DNA from: an uncultured Eubacteriales bacterium
GTDB taxonomy: Bacteria > Bacillota > Clostridia > Peptostreptococcales > Anaerovoracaceae
Reading direction: 5' to 3'
Length of the DNA stretch: 58,418 bases
NCBI GenBank assembly: GCA_902788245.1
Contig: CADAJM010000001.1
Location: 1-58,418, forward strand
Shown here piece after piece: positions 46,047 through 55,828 of this stretch. The position numbers and the translations under genes were made by a program. The notes under the pieces were generated by a model. The model worked only from the letters and a program-made list of their open reading frames with translations. It was not told the DNA's origin and did no database searches. Each line of letters starts with the position of its first letter. The stretch's first letter is position 1.

Positions 46047-46896
46047 GAAACATCACGGAAGGGCTCCGCACGGATACGGAGGCCTCAGGCCGTCCAAAGG
46101 ACTCGGCCAGAATTTCCTTATTGATGAAGGTATAATCGAAGAAATAGCAGAAGGCTCGGGAGCGGCGGAGGACGCGCTGGTCATAGAGATAGGTCCCGGA
46201 GCCGGAGCGCTTACGATTCCTTTGGCAGAGAGAGCCGGATACCTTGCGGCAGTCGAGATAGACGAAAAACTGATAGAGCCGCTTCGGGTTAAAACCTTCG
46301 GAATGGATAATGTCGAGATTATACAAGGCGACATACTGGCGGTCGATCTTGATGAAATTATCGAAAACAGGGTCTCCGAGCACGGGCTGAAATCCGTGCG
46401 TGTGGTCGGAAACCTTCCGTACTATATAACCACCCCTATAATAATGAAGCTTCTTGAAACGGCACATGGCATAGACAGCATCACAGTCATGATGCAAAAA
46501 GAAGTAGGGGACAGAATCGCTGCAGAGCCGGGGACCAGGCTTTCCGGTGCAATCACGTATCCGGTGTGCTATCACGCCAAGGTCAGCAAGATAGCCGATG
46601 TGCCGAGGGAATGTTTCTACCCGGCGCCTAAAGTTGACTCGGTTGTTTTGAGGCTGGACATACTGGATGAGCCGGCGGTAAATACGAAGGACGCGGACTT
46701 CATGTTCAAATGCGTCAAGGCCGGATTTTCACAGAGAAGAAAAACACTGCTCAATTCGCTCTCATCGATGGAGGGCATGGACAAAGAGAAGATAAGCACG
46801 GCTCTGGACAGGGCCGAAATAGATCAAAGCAGGAGAGCGGAGACTCTCACTCTTAAGGAGTTTGCAAAAATCGCAGATATTTTGCTGGAGGCATAA
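46012..46896 (+). CDS. rsmA: 16S rRNA (adenine1518/1519-N6)-dimethyltransferase RsmA/KsgA
   Basis: GLGQNFL, EIGPGAGALT and NLPYYITTPI. The only in-frame start overlaps rnmV by 35 nt. Confidence 0.92.
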   Translation: MSSKKQSKNANRKHHGRAPHGYGGLRPSKGLGQNFLIDEGIIEEIAEGSGAAEDALVIEIGPGAGALTIPLAERAGYLAAVEIDEKLIEPLRVKTFGMDNVEIIQGDILAVDLDEIIENRVSEHGLKSVRVVGNLPYYITTPIIMKLLETAHGIDSITVMMQKEVGDRIAAEPGTRLSGAITYPVCYHAKVSKIADVPRECFYPAPKVDSVVLRLDILDEPAVNTKDADFMFKCVKAGFSQRRKTLLNSLSSMEGMDKEKISTALDRAEIDQSRRAETLTLKEFAKIADILLEA

Positions 46897-46898
46897 TC

Positions 46899-48998
46899 TT
46901 GCAGAGCAAATCAAAGGGGATTCTTGCTTCAATAGCCGCATTTTTCAAGGCTATATGGGCGGGCATCAAAAACATCTTTCTTAAAATATTCCCAAGAAGA
47001 GAAGCCAAATACTTCGACGCCACACGCCATGAACTCAAATACATTCTGTTTATGGCAGTGGGTGCTTTGGTTATCAATCTTTTCATGGAATCATTTGCCA
47101 GGCTCACAACAAGCCCGCTTGAGGGTATACGCTGGGCGCTGACGAATCCTTTGGTGTTCCTGTATAACGCGCTCATCATATTTGCAACTCTGACCTTTGC
47201 ATTGATTTTTAAGAGGCGCAGGTTTGCATATTTCATCATATCGGTTCTGTGGGTGGCTCTCGGTACCGCAAACGGTATGATTCTTACGACAAGAATGACG
47301 CCGCTTACGCTCTACGACCTGAACAATTTCGCAGACGGACTGACCATTGCGACCACATACTATTCAGTTTGGCAGATTGCCCTGGGCATTGCAGGCATCG
47401 TAATGCTGTTGCTTGTCATAATTCTGATATTCGTCAGGAGCGAGAAGTGGAAAAACATCAACTATAAAAAGAGTCTGGGAGCGATAGCTCTGAGCGTGGC
47501 ACTGACTTTCGGTGCATCGGCGATGGCTCTCAGCAGCGGACTGATAGGGACATTCTTCGGAAACCTCAATTACGCATACAGGGACTACGGCCTAGCATAT
47601 TGCTTTATCATGACATCGGCAAACGCGGGCATTTCGAAGCCGAGAGGATATTCCGAGGAAATGATTGCCGGCATACTCGAAAATAAGACCAAGAAAGGTC
47701 TCAAGACGGGACTTAAACAGAAGAACGACAGCACGGAGCATCCGAACATAATAGTCTTGCAGCTCGAGTCGTTTACGGTTGCCGAGGACTATGCGAATAT
47801 ACAGGTTTCGAAGGATCCGACTCCGGTATTTAATAAATTGTACGAAGAATACAGTTCGGGAAGCTTCGAGGTTCCCGCCTGCGGCGCGGGTACGGCCAAC
47901 ACGGAGTTTGAGGTTTTGACCGGAATAAGTGCGAAATTTTTCGGGCCGGGCGAATATCCGTACAAGGGCAAGCTCAGAGAAGAGACCTTGGAAAACATGG
48001 CGTACATAGCGAAGTCTCACGGATACAGAACGAGTGCGCTTCACAATCACAGAGCACTTTTCTACAACAGAAACGAAGTATATAAAAACCTCGGATTCGA
48101 TACATTCACATCCGTCGAGTATATGAACAACGTGTCATTTACACCTACTAATTGGTGCAAGGATACCGTTCTGACGGACGAGATAATGGAAATTATGCAG
48201 GAGAGCGAGGAGAGGGACTTCATGCACGTAATATCGGTTGAAGGCCACGGCGCATATCCTGCGGAGAAAGTATTCAAGAATCCGTACACGGAAGTCAGTG
48301 CAGAAGACGAGGAGACCAAGTATAAATACGAGTACTATCTGAATGAGTGCCACGAGATGGACAAGTTCACGGGAGATCTCATAAAGCGCATCGAGGAGTC
48401 CGGAGAGCCGACCGTCATGATCATATACGGAGACCACATCCCGGCGCTCGATGTCAAAGAGGAGAACTACAAACAGAAAGACCTCTACACTACGAGGTAT
48501 GTCATCTGGGACAATATGGGTCTAAAGAAAAAGGACAAAGACCTGCACTCCTATCAGTGCGGCTCTGAGCTTCTCAAGGCTGCAGGACTTAAACACGAGG
48601 GAATCATTTTCGACTATCAGCAGTCCAACAAGCCAAAGGACAGCGGCTACCTCGATGATATGGAAGCTCTTGCTTACGATATGCTCTACGGTAAACACTA
48701 CGCATACGGAGGCGAGTTACCTTATCAGCCGAGCGATATGCGCATGGGCCATAAAGTGATTGCCATCAAGGACATAATGAAGATAGGAAACAAATACTAT
48801 ATAAGGGGCAACAATTTCACGGAAAGATCGATAATAAGTTTGGACGGCAAGCAGCTGCCGACCATATATCTTTCGCCGACGCTGCTCGCACTCGGGCAGG
48901 AGGTTGAGCCGGGTGATGTAGGGAAGCTCAGTGTCAGCCAGGTGGATAAATCCGAAGAAGAAATTCTGACAACCGTCGGAGCCAACGAAGAGCTCTAA
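46899..48998 (+). CDS. LTA synthase family protein (polytopic N-terminus plus extracellular sulfatase-like domain)
   Basis: 699 aa with a TTG start. Five or so TM helices are followed by IIVLQLESF and a sulfatase-type domain. Confidence 0.8.
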   Translation: MQSKSKGILASIAAFFKAIWAGIKNIFLKIFPRREAKYFDATRHELKYILFMAVGALVINLFMESFARLTTSPLEGIRWALTNPLVFLYNALIIFATLTFALIFKRRRFAYFIISVLWVALGTANGMILTTRMTPLTLYDLNNFADGLTIATTYYSVWQIALGIAGIVMLLLVIILIFVRSEKWKNINYKKSLGAIALSVALTFGASAMALSSGLIGTFFGNLNYAYRDYGLAYCFIMTSANAGISKPRGYSEEMIAGILENKTKKGLKTGLKQKNDSTEHPNIIVLQLESFTVAEDYANIQVSKDPTPVFNKLYEEYSSGSFEVPACGAGTANTEFEVLTGISAKFFGPGEYPYKGKLREETLENMAYIAKSHGYRTSALHNHRALFYNRNEVYKNLGFDTFTSVEYMNNVSFTPTNWCKDTVLTDEIMEIMQESEERDFMHVISVEGHGAYPAEKVFKNPYTEVSAEDEETKYKYEYYLNECHEMDKFTGDLIKRIEESGEPTVMIIYGDHIPALDVKEENYKQKDLYTTRYVIWDNMGLKKKDKDLHSYQCGSELLKAAGLKHEGIIFDYQQSNKPKDSGYLDDMEALAYDMLYGKHYAYGGELPYQPSDMRMGHKVIAIKDIMKIGNKYYIRGNNFTERSIISLDGKQLPTIYLSPTLLALGQEVEPGDVGKLSVSQVDKSEEEILTTVGANEEL

Positions 48999-49004
48999 GA
49001 GAGA

Positions 49005-49185
49005 GCACAATTACACAACGCTCGCTGTGCTCCGTCGCAGGGAATAGCATACTCATTGCCTTGCCTCTTGGGGCAACAGCCTCGACGCGCTTCGCTTGCT
49101 CGGCCTGTTCCTAGCCAATCGCCTGCGGCTTCTTCGTGCTATTCCTAGCTGCTTCTACGCAACGCTCGCTTATGTGTTATTGTGC
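49005..49185. repeat. GC-rich imperfect palindromic element upstream of rho
   Basis: Outer 13-bp IR gcacaattacaca (49005-49017) / tgtgttattgtgc (49173-49185) with 1 mismatch. Inner perfect 9-bp IR ggaatagca (49041-49049) / tgctattcc (49137-49145). 11-bp direct repeat caacgctcgct (49016-49026 and 49160-49170). Confidence 0.55.
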
Positions 49186-49219
49186 ACTTAGTCATAGATT
49201 ATTAAATTAGGAGACCGTT

Positions 49220-50431
49220 ATGCCAGTAAAGAAAAATGAAGAAGAAGTAAAAGATAAGGAGCTTCTTGAAGAAGACATTGAGGAAGTTGAAGAGGATCTT
49301 TCGGTGCCGACGGAGGACAGACCGGAGGTCGAGGGGATTTTGGAGATTGCCGACGACGGTTTCGGATTCCTCAGGTTCGACAACTTCCTGACCTCGAGTA
49401 AGGACGTATATGTCTCGCACAGCCAGATCAGGAGATTCGGGCTTAGGACGGGAGATAAGATTCTCGGTATTTCCAGGAAACCTAACAGCGGTGAGAAATT
49501 CGGGGCTTTGATTTACGTCAAGACGGTCAACGGAATGGATCCGATGGAGGCCAAGCGCCGCCCGTACTTCGACAATCTGACTCCGGTATTTCCCGATCAG
49601 AAAATCGTGCTTGAAAGCTCGAGCATAGATCTTTCGACCAGAGTGATGGATCTTGTTGCACCTATAGGCAGGGGCCAGAGAGGACTCATAGTTGCCCAGC
49701 CTAAGGCGGGCAAAACCGTGTTGCTCAAGAAAATCGCAGCCGCGGTCGAGGAGAAGTATCCGGACATTGAACTCATCGTGCTTCTCGTAGACGAAAGGCC
49801 TGAGGAGGTTACGGATATGAAGAGGAGCCTTCATCACTCCGAGGTCATCTACTCTACATTTGACGAAGAAACGAGACACCATGTCAAGGTGGCACAGATG
49901 GTAATAGAGAGGGCCAAGAGGCTTGCTGAGTCGGGTAAAGACGTAATGATACTGCTCGATTCCATCACCAGGTTGGCCCGTGCATACAATATGGAAGTTC
50001 CGGCTTCGGGCAGAACGCTTTCGGGCGGTCTCGACCCGGGTGCCCTGCACCCGCCGAAGAAATTCTTCGGTACAGCGCGGAACCTCGAAGAAGGCGGCAG
50101 CGTGACCATACTCGCCACCGCGCTGGTCGAGACCGGATCTCGCATGGACGATGTCATCTACGAGGAGTTCAAGGGAACGGGCAACATGGAGCTGCACCTC
50201 GACAGGCAACTCTCCGAGCGCCGCATCTTCCCGGCTATCGACCTGTACAAATCAGGAACGAGGCGCGAAGATCTGCTGCTCAGTCCTGAGGAGTATCAGG
50301 TTATGTTCCTGCTGCGCCGCGCCATGAGTTCGGGCAGCGTGCTCGATGTGACCGAGGAGATCATAGAGAACCTCTCGAGCACCAAGAGCAATAAGGACTT
50401 CGTTGACTTTATGCTGAAGAAAATGAACTAA
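49220..50431 (+). CDS. rho: Transcription termination factor Rho
   Basis: 403 aa. CSD-like [14 protein letters not shown], Walker A AQPKAGKT, and the overall Rho pattern. AGGAGA RBS. Confidence 0.95.
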   Translation: MPVKKNEEEVKDKELLEEDIEEVEEDLSVPTEDRPEVEGILEIADDGFGFLRFDNFLTSSKDVYVSHSQIRRFGLRTGDKILGISRKPNSGEKFGALIYVKTVNGMDPMEAKRRPYFDNLTPVFPDQKIVLESSSIDLSTRVMDLVAPIGRGQRGLIVAQPKAGKTVLLKKIAAAVEEKYPDIELIVLLVDERPEEVTDMKRSLHHSEVIYSTFDEETRHHVKVAQMVIERAKRLAESGKDVMILLDSITRLARAYNMEVPASGRTLSGGLDPGALHPPKKFFGTARNLEEGGSVTILATALVETGSRMDDVIYEEFKGTGNMELHLDRQLSERRIFPAIDLYKSGTRREDLLLSPEEYQVMFLLRRAMSSGSVLDVTEEIIENLSSTKSNKDFVDFMLKKMN

Positions 50432-50451
50432 TAAGGTATAATAAAAGTACT

Positions 50452-52587
50452 ATGGGTAAAATGGATTACGATAAGATCTTCATAAAGGACGCTTGCCCGA
50501 CAAAAATCGGCGGACAGGCGATAATGGAAGGCGTTATGATGCGCGGCACGGATCGCACGGCAGTTGCCATGCGCCTTCCGAGCGGAGAACTCTACCTCAA
50601 AACCAAGATGCTGAAACCCGAGCCTAAAGCGATGAAGGTTCCGCTGGTAAGAGGAGTGGTAGCCTTTGCGCGCTCGCTTGTTGACGGCATGGGCACTTTG
50701 ATGGAGTCCGCAAATATACTCGAAGAATATGCTCCGGAGGAGTACGAAGAGGGAAAATTCGAGGCCTGGATTAACAAGAAGTTCGGCGCCAAGGCGGCCT
50801 GGAACATCCTGATGGGGCTCGCTCTCGTGGTGGCCGTAGTCATTTCGATTGCTTTCTTCGTCGTACTGCCTACCTGGGTTGTTAATTATATGGGCAAATG
50901 GACCGACAATGCTTTGGTTCTGAACCTCATCGAGGGAGTTCTGAGGATGGTGCTGTTCATAGCCTACGTCGTGGCAATCCGAAACATGGAGGACATCAAG
51001 ACGCTCTTCAGGTATCACGGAGCGGAGCACAAAATCATACATTGCTATGAGAATAAAGAGGACCTGACGCCCGAAAATGCAGCGAAGTATTATACACTTC
51101 ACCCGCGCTGCGGAACGAGTTTCCTCATGTTCGTTCTCATAGTCAGCATACTTCTGTTCAGCTTCCTCGGCTGGCCGAATCTGCTCTGGAGAATAGTATC
51201 CAGGCTGCTTCTTATTCCGGTAATCGCAGGCATCAGCTACGAACTTCTCAAATGGGCGGGTAGATCGGACGGCACTCTGGTCAAGATACTTTCCTGGCCG
51301 GGACTGATGCTTCAGAAACTCACAACAGCGGAGCCGACCGAGCAGCAGCTTGAAGTTGCCATACTCTCGCTCAAGTCCGTACTCGTTGATCCGGAGACCA
51401 TAGAGATCGAGGGCTTCGTGGACAAGGACGGCAACATCGTCAGAAGCATGAAAGAAGAAGCCCGCGCTCAGGCGGAAGTCAGCGAGTGGGAGGAAGGCGT
51501 AAAAGCAAACTCGGAATACAACAATGAGATAAGCTCATCCGAACAGATAGCACCGCCGGCAGGCGAGGATGAGATAAACGAAGCTATCAAATTCCTCGAC
51601 AATCTCGATGCAGACGGATATACCCTCGTAGCTACGGAAGGCGACGACAGGAGAACCATAGTCGAGATCATTACAGACAAAGAAGCGCACGAGGCCAAGG
51701 AAAGAACTCTGGCCAGAAGATACACGGCGGACATCAAAACCTATGAGAATGCGCTCAAGTGGGGACAGGCAGCACTCGGCATGATAGAAAACGGCCACAG
51801 AGAGGCCAAGATAATCATGTCGTATGTGACAGGTCTTTCGGACAGCGAGGTTCTGACCCGCGCCAAAGAACTCATGAGAGAAGAAGACTTCTATGAATAC
51901 GAGAAGCGTATCATGTCGAGAATCGAAGGCATGCCGCTTCAGTACATCGTAGGGATACAGCAGTTCATGGGACTTCCGTTCAGAGTCAATAAAACCGTGC
52001 TGATCCCGAGATTCGACACAGAGGTATTGGTCGAAAAGATCCTCAGCATCATCAAAGAGAGAGGCTACGAAAACCCGGATATACTCGACATGTGCACGGG
52101 CAGCGGAGCCATAGGCATAAGCCTTGCCAGCAAAGTACCGGGAGCGAAGGTCACAATGACCGATGCGTCTGATGAAGCTCTTCACACAGCGATGGGCAAC
52201 GCCGGCATCAATAAGGTCAACAAGAGATGTATATTCCTCGTCGGAGATATGTTCGATGCGCTCGCGGAGAATGCCACATACGACATCGTTGCATGCAATC
52301 CGCCGTACATCCCGACTGCAGAGATTGACAAACTCGCCGTGGAGGTCAGGAAGCACGAGCCTATCAAAGCACTCGACGGAGGAGAAGACGGACTCGATTA
52401 CTACAGAATTATCGCGGATAAAGCGAGTTCGCACATCAAGTCCGGCGGAATTCTCGCACTCGAAATCGGCTACGACCAGGGCAAGGACGTGACGAAACTC
52501 CTCGAGAAATCGGGAACATACAAAGACATAAATATATTCAAGGATCTCGCGGGACACGACAGGGTCGTAATCGCCGAGAGAATATAA
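50452..52587 (+). CDS. prmC: Fusion protein: DUF1385 membrane domain plus peptide chain release factor N5-glutamine methyltransferase (PrmC/HemK)
   Basis: Single 711-aa ORF. The N-terminal half carries IGGQAIMEGVMMRG, HGAEHK and TM helices (DUF1385). The C-terminal half carries DMCTGSGAIGI and the NPPY motif (VACNPPYIP). Confidence 0.85.
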   Translation: MGKMDYDKIFIKDACPTKIGGQAIMEGVMMRGTDRTAVAMRLPSGELYLKTKMLKPEPKAMKVPLVRGVVAFARSLVDGMGTLMESANILEEYAPEEYEEGKFEAWINKKFGAKAAWNILMGLALVVAVVISIAFFVVLPTWVVNYMGKWTDNALVLNLIEGVLRMVLFIAYVVAIRNMEDIKTLFRYHGAEHKIIHCYENKEDLTPENAAKYYTLHPRCGTSFLMFVLIVSILLFSFLGWPNLLWRIVSRLLLIPVIAGISYELLKWAGRSDGTLVKILSWPGLMLQKLTTAEPTEQQLEVAILSLKSVLVDPETIEIEGFVDKDGNIVRSMKEEARAQAEVSEWEEGVKANSEYNNEISSSEQIAPPAGEDEINEAIKFLDNLDADGYTLVATEGDDRRTIVEIITDKEAHEAKERTLARRYTADIKTYENALKWGQAALGMIENGHREAKIIMSYVTGLSDSEVLTRAKELMREEDFYEYEKRIMSRIEGMPLQYIVGIQQFMGLPFRVNKTVLIPRFDTEVLVEKILSIIKERGYENPDILDMCTGSGAIGISLASKVPGAKVTMTDASDEALHTAMGNAGINKVNKRCIFLVGDMFDALAENATYDIVACNPPYIPTAEIDKLAVEVRKHEPIKALDGGEDGLDYYRIIADKASSHIKSGGILALEIGYDQGKDVTKLLEKSGTYKDINIFKDLAGHDRVVIAERI

Positions 52588-52597
52588 GGAGGCTGCC

Positions 52598-52783
52598 ATG
52601 TGCCTTTCGAATGTATATAAGGACAAATTGGACGATGCGAATCTCCTGGCCAGAAATGTCGCAGACATTAAAATTCAGGACGGGCAGATTTTCTTTACGG
52701 ACATAATGGGCGTCCGCACCGCATTTGACGGTCATCTCGATCAGATAGACCTGACCGAGAATTACATAATAGTTAAGGAATAG
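52598..52783 (+). CDS. CooT-family small protein (putative nickel-binding)
   Basis: 61 aa beginning MC(L)SNVY. The overall pattern resembles clostridial CooT-like proteins, recognised from memory only. Confidence 0.55.
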   Translation: MCLSNVYKDKLDDANLLARNVADIKIQDGQIFFTDIMGVRTAFDGHLDQIDLTENYIIVKE

Positions 52784-52807
52784 AAGACAGAAGAAAAGAG
52801 GGAAAGA

Positions 52808-53956
52808 ATGTATTGCAACAGCTTTAAGGACTTGAAGCTCTCGGCACTTGGTCTCGGTTGCATGAGGCTTCCGTGCATCAACAATGAAGAAGCCAATCCG
52901 GACCAGGCAGCAACGCAGGAGATGGTAGATTACGCCATGGCAAACGGCATCAACTACTACGACACCGCTTGGGGCTATCACTACGGAAAGAGTGAAAGCG
53001 TTTTGGGAGAGGCTCTGTCCAAACATAATCACGACGATTTCTATATAGCCACGAAGTTCCCGGGCTACGACCTTTCGAACTTCGACAAATACGAAGAGAT
53101 TTTCGAGAAACAGCTCGAAAAATGCAAAGTAGACTATTTCGATTTCTACCTCTTCCACAATGTATGCGAATCCAACATCGATGCATATGTAAATAACGAT
53201 AAAGGTCTGAGAGAATACCTGCTTGAACAAAAGAAAAACGGCAGGATCAAACATCTCGGATTCAGCTGCCACGGCACATTTGAGACCATGATGAGATTCC
53301 TCGAAAAGCATGGAGACATCGTGGAATTCTGCCAGATCCAGCTGAACTATCTCGACTACGAATTCCAAAATGCCAAGGCCAAGATCGAAGAGCTCAATGC
53401 TCGCGGCATTCCTATCTGGGTCATGGAGGGACTCAGAGGAGGCAAACTCGCCAAAGGTTGCCTCGGAGCAGAGAAGATACTGGCCAAGACAAGACCGGAT
53501 TTCACACCGGTTAACTGGGCGTTCTCGTTCCTCGAGTCGGTTCCGGGAGTCACAATGATACTCTCGGGCATGTCCAATATGGATCAGCTCAAAGAAAACA
53601 TCGAGTTCTTTGATGAAAAGAAAGAGCTGGAGGACGAGGAACTCGGAGCACTCATAACGGCAGCCCACTATGACATCGAGGCGCATAAAGGCACGGTGCC
53701 TTGCACGGCATGCAGATACTGCATGGAGAATTGCCCGCAGGAGATAGAGATCCCGAGAATTCTCGAACTCTACAACGAGCACGTATACAGTGACGGAGGC
53801 TTCCTCGGAGTCATGGGCGTAGAGGCCATCGAGGAAGGAAAAAAGCCTTCCGACTGCATAGGATGCGGAGCCTGTGCGGCGGTTTGCCCGCAGCAGATAG
53901 ACATCCCGGATGTCATGAGTAAGTTTACGGAACTTCTGAAAAACGCAGAGTTCTAA
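52808..53956 (+). CDS. Aldo/keto reductase with a C-terminal 2x[4Fe-4S] ferredoxin-like domain
   Basis: 382 aa. AKR N-terminus (LGLGCMRLP, YYDTAWGY) and two CxxCxxCxxxCP motifs (CTACRYCMENCP, CIGCGACAAVCP). Confidence 0.85.
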   Translation: MYCNSFKDLKLSALGLGCMRLPCINNEEANPDQAATQEMVDYAMANGINYYDTAWGYHYGKSESVLGEALSKHNHDDFYIATKFPGYDLSNFDKYEEIFEKQLEKCKVDYFDFYLFHNVCESNIDAYVNNDKGLREYLLEQKKNGRIKHLGFSCHGTFETMMRFLEKHGDIVEFCQIQLNYLDYEFQNAKAKIEELNARGIPIWVMEGLRGGKLAKGCLGAEKILAKTRPDFTPVNWAFSFLESVPGVTMILSGMSNMDQLKENIEFFDEKKELEDEELGALITAAHYDIEAHKGTVPCTACRYCMENCPQEIEIPRILELYNEHVYSDGGFLGVMGVEAIEEGKKPSDCIGCGACAAVCPQQIDIPDVMSKFTELLKNAEF

Positions 53957-53998
53957 AATAAAGAGCATAGACTAGAGAGGATTTTAAAGGAGAGTTAT

Positions 53999-55126
53999 AT
54001 GGACTTCAGATACGCACTTATCTATTTGGTAGTGGAATTTTACTGCGTTGCACAGGCAGCGATTATCTACACCAAGGTATCCGACTATCTCGGAGCCCGC
54101 ATAGAGGTGAGCCTTTTCAAGAGAATGATAGCGATGTTTTGGCTCTTCCTCTTGTTCGAGATCCTATGGGTTCTCGGTTCCAACGGCATGGTCAGCATGC
54201 CTTTGAAACTTGCCTCACTTTGCAAGATTCTATCCACCTTGTTCATACCGTTCAAACTTTATTTCTGGCTGCATTTTGCCTTCAGGAGATTGAAGATAAA
54301 AAGGATTGCAAATCCGGGGATGAACATTATCACGATGCTTCCTTGCATCATCATGGTGGCCTGCTATCTTATTTCAATCAAGAATAGCCTTGTATTTGGC
54401 ATCGCAGCGGACGGCAGCCTGATACAGGGACCGCTGGTAGCGCTTACCGGAATGGTCGACAATCTGTATGGCATTACGATAATAATAGGAGCCCTTTCGG
54501 TGATGCTTCGCACCAAAGACTCAATGATGCGTTGGAAAAGCGTGAAGCATATAATCTTCATCGCGATTTGTACAGCCGGCGGAATCCTGGACGCTGTTTT
54601 GATGATGACGCCTATCCTGCCTATGATGATTACCCTCTCGCTGGTAGGTCTGTTCTCCAGCCTGCAGGAAGGCCAGATTACAACGGACTATCTGACCGAG
54701 ATGAACAACAGACGCGAAGCAACCCGCTTTATCGAAGAGGCTGTTCGCAAGACCAACGAAGAGCTTCCGCTCTGGCTCATCATGGTTGAGATCGCGATGG
54801 ATACCAAAGAGATGGCTAAACAGGACATCAACGAAGAAACCCTCATAGTCAAAGCGGCCAAAATCATTTCAGACGTAGCTTACCTGCACGATGTGTTCGC
54901 GTCCAGATGGAGTGATAACGAATTCATCATGGTTGCTCAGGGAATGGATATAGTCAGAGTAAGTGACTTCGAGGAAGGAATAATCTGGAGACTCAAATGG
55001 GAGCTCTTCGAAAAGGGAGAATGGAAGTCCGCTTCTGTCGGAACGAGCAGGATCAGATGTGAAGACAAAGAAAGCAGCGTAACAGAACTGGTCAACTCCC
55101 TGAAACTGAAAATCGAAGAGAAATAA
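53999..55126 (+). CDS. Polytopic membrane protein with a degenerate GGDEF-like C-terminal domain
   Basis: Six or so TM helices, then DYLTEMNNRRE (the DxLTxLxNRR start of GGDEF domains). SDNEF stands in place of GGDEF (SRWSDNEFIMV). Confidence 0.58.
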   Translation: MDFRYALIYLVVEFYCVAQAAIIYTKVSDYLGARIEVSLFKRMIAMFWLFLLFEILWVLGSNGMVSMPLKLASLCKILSTLFIPFKLYFWLHFAFRRLKIKRIANPGMNIITMLPCIIMVACYLISIKNSLVFGIAADGSLIQGPLVALTGMVDNLYGITIIIGALSVMLRTKDSMMRWKSVKHIIFIAICTAGGILDAVLMMTPILPMMITLSLVGLFSSLQEGQITTDYLTEMNNRREATRFIEEAVRKTNEELPLWLIMVEIAMDTKEMAKQDINEETLIVKAAKIISDVAYLHDVFASRWSDNEFIMVAQGMDIVRVSDFEEGIIWRLKWELFEKGEWKSASVGTSRIRCEDKESSVTELVNSLKLKIEEK

Positions 55127-55138
55127 TCAGACAGATAT

Positions 55139-55423
55139 CTATTTGTTCGTAATCAGAGACAGCGCCTGCTCGAGCAGGTCGTTGCTCTCACCGAGCTTAT
55201 CGACCGCTTCGTGGATCAGATCAGCTGCGACCTCATCGAAACTGTGTGCGAGATCGTGCAGCTCCTCGGCGTGATGCCTGTTGTGGTCGAGCATATATTT
55301 AAGCAGGGCAAGAGCTTCTTCCGGGGAAGAAGCAGTTGCGTGCGAATGGCTGTGAGTTGTGCCGTCGGCATGCGTATGTTCATGGCAATGACCGCAGTGC
55401 TCATGTGTATGGGTTTCGCTCAT
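55139..55423 (-). CDS. Histidine/cysteine-rich small protein, putative metal-binding
   Basis: 94 aa. N-terminus MSETHTHEHCGHCHEHTHADGTTHSHSH, then a helical His-containing domain (HNRHHAEELHDLAH). Family not recognised with certainty. Confidence 0.55.
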   Translation of the reverse strand: MSETHTHEHCGHCHEHTHADGTTHSHSHATASSPEEALALLKYMLDHNRHHAEELHDLAHSFDEVAADLIHEAVDKLGESNDLLEQALSLITNK

Positions 55424-55654
55424 TTTGTTACTCCTTGTGATCGTAATTGAATCGGCGAATCATAGATTTGTTTTTAAAGCAGCAGTAAAATGCTGCTTTT
55501 CTTCTTGTCGAAAAACATTCTATCACAATTACCATAAGTAGTGACAAGACGCGTGTTAATAACCCCATATAGCGTGTCCGAGGCAGGCGGTATTTTTGTA
55601 TCAAAAAAATACAGAAACTAATATGCATAAAACGGTTTTCACGTTCAAATTACA

Positions 55655-55683
55655 TTGACACAGCGTTCTCGTGCACTTAAAAT
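55655..55683 (+). promoter_or_regulatory. Sigma-A-like promoter upstream of the dehydratase-like genes
   Basis: TTGACA (55655-55660), a 17-nt spacer, then TAAAAT (55678-55683). This leaves a leader of roughly 140 nt before ATG 55829. Confidence 0.5.
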
Positions 55684-55828
55684 TAAAAAAAGATTAAAAC
55701 GCTTGGGGCACTGTACCCTGCGATAAATTCAGAGGAAAAAACAGAGGCTGACATACCGCAGTGGTACCTGCTTCCGAGAGAGATTTCACGTAAGATGTTG
55801 CTCAAAGAGGGAGAGGTAAGGTGACATA

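Noticed and set aside
49202-50209. 335-aa minus-strand ORF opposite rho; comparable antisense ORFs lie at 51535-52668, 44040-44813, 27770-28582 and 39539-40363
   Set aside because: All are antisense to well-supported genes, and none has independent evidence.
52538-53968. 476-aa minus-strand ORF opposite the CooT-like and AKR-ferredoxin genes
   Set aside because: It is antisense to genes with clear family motifs, and its translation is low-complexity with no recognisable domain.
55690-55828. Leader of the dehydratase-like operon as a known riboswitch or T-box
   Set aside because: I could not recognise any conserved riboswitch core (no T-box, SAM, FMN, TPP, cobalamin or purine signatures). 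Only generic local pairing is visible, so it is left as an unclassified leader.
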